DNA from: Felis catus
Lineage: Eukaryota
Reading direction: 5' to 3'
DNA: 64,000 nucleotides
Assembly: GCF_018350175.1 (NCBI RefSeq)
Contig: NC_058368.1
Location: 237,834,001 to 237,898,000 of the forward strand
Below, piece after piece: positions 63,053 through 64,000 of the stretch (position 1 is its first letter; the number at the start of each line of letters is the position of its first letter). The notes under the pieces are model-generated. The model was not told the origin of the DNA and searched no databases. It worked only from the letters and a program-made list of their open reading frames with translations. A program made the translations under genes and the position numbers.

Positions 63053-63537
63053 GGGTAGGGGGGGAGTTGGAGGGAAGGGAATGAAGTGGGGGGAGGGGAG
63101 GAAGGGCTGGGGAGGAAGGAGGGAGGGAGGAAGAGTGGGAGAGAGGCAGGAGGGGAAGGAGAGGGAGAGGACCAGGAAGAGGGGGGAGCGGTAGGAGGAG
63201 GGGGAGGGGGAGGAGGGGGAGGAGGAGGACAGGAGGAAGGGGAGAGGAGGAAGGAGGGGGAGACCAGAAGGAGGGGGGAGGGGGAGGAGGAGGAGGAGGA
63301 AGAGGGGGAAGGGGAGGGGGAGGAGGAGGAAGAGGCAGAAGGGGAGAGGGAGGAGGAGGGGGAGGAGGGGGAGGAGGAGGACACGAGGAAGGGGAGAGGA
63401 GGAAGGAGGGGGAGACCAGGAGGAGGGGGAGGAGAGGGAGAGGACCAGGAAGAGGAGGGAGGGGGATGAGCGGGAGGAGGAGGACAGGACGAGGGCGAGA
63501 GGAGGAAGGAGCGGGAGACCGGGAGGAGGGGGAGGAG
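63053..63537. repeat. Long G/A-rich low-complexity tract with internal ~60-bp repeats
   Basis: Almost pure purine. The unit 'gaggaggaggaca.gaggaaggggagaggaggaaggagggggagaccag' recurs at ~63219, ~63371 and, diverged, at ~63473. Confidence 0.92.
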
Positions 63538-64000
63538 TTCTCCCCCGCAGCACTTGGATGGTCTGGAGACCAGTCTCCCTATTTGGGAAAAGTGACTCGA
63601 GGAGTCCGTAAAACACATGGGGCCTCCTCTCTGGGACAAGCGCAGAGAAAGGGAGCAGAGAGGGCGGGTCGGAGGCTCAGGGACCCACAGCCGAGGTCGC
63701 CAGGACTCAGTGGCCCCTCAGAGCTGCTGTTCCTGCGAGCTGAGCCGCACCGAAGGTTCGAGGCTGCAGGTGGGGGCTGGGCAGGGGCGGCTCCTTGGAA
63801 GGGTGCTCCCTGAGTGCGCTTTGCCGGCCAGACGCCCCTCGTTCTGATAGTCGACACCGTGTGCAGAGAGGCTTTGTCTGGCGGGCCTAAGATGCTCGCC
63901 TCGATCTGTTATTAAAGGAGAAACCCATGACACTGAACTCCCGGCCACACCGTACGTACGAGTCTAGGATTTCTGTCGGGGGGGGTGGCTCACAGCACGG

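Noticed and set aside
63086..63469. Glu/Gly-rich ORF resembling RPGR ORF15
   Set aside because: The similarity is compositional only, from a polypurine tract. No flanking RPGR exons or C-terminal domain are present.
1..64000. A novel prokaryote-style gene system or operon
   Set aside because: The DNA is felid non-coding sequence. There is no gene-dense coding, no recognisable domains, and the ORFs overlap randomly in all six frames.

Overview
This is mammalian nuclear DNA, not prokaryotic. More than a dozen CAN-SINE monomers of the feline type (SINEC_Fc-like) point to a felid, probably the cat or a close relative. I find no recognisable protein-coding exon, RNA gene, CRISPR array or microbial system. 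The listed ORFs are chance GC-rich frames or come from repeats. The window looks like a gene desert or a large intron in a GC-rich, probably distal, chromosome region. It contains: (1) ancient L1, L2, MIR, MaLR/ERVL LTR and MER5 remnants, including an L1MD-like element with both ends but no RT; (2) carnivore SINEs with clear target-site duplications (TSDs); (3) mini- and microsatellites; (4) CpG-rich islands; (5) short AT-rich islands packed with homeobox, TALE, SOX and FOX motifs that resemble developmental enhancers. The most interesting signals are a 25 x 26-bp minisatellite mixing canonical AP-1 sites with CpG-containing (methyl-dependent) AP-1-like sites, an L1 segment rewritten into CpG-island-like DNA, a SINE trimer with a chimeric middle unit, and a young SINE inserted into an older SINE's TSD. 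Repeat subfamily names come from my recollection of consensus sequences and need RepeatMasker/Dfam confirmation. Boundaries of old repeats are approximate. I cannot support a claim of a new biological system here.
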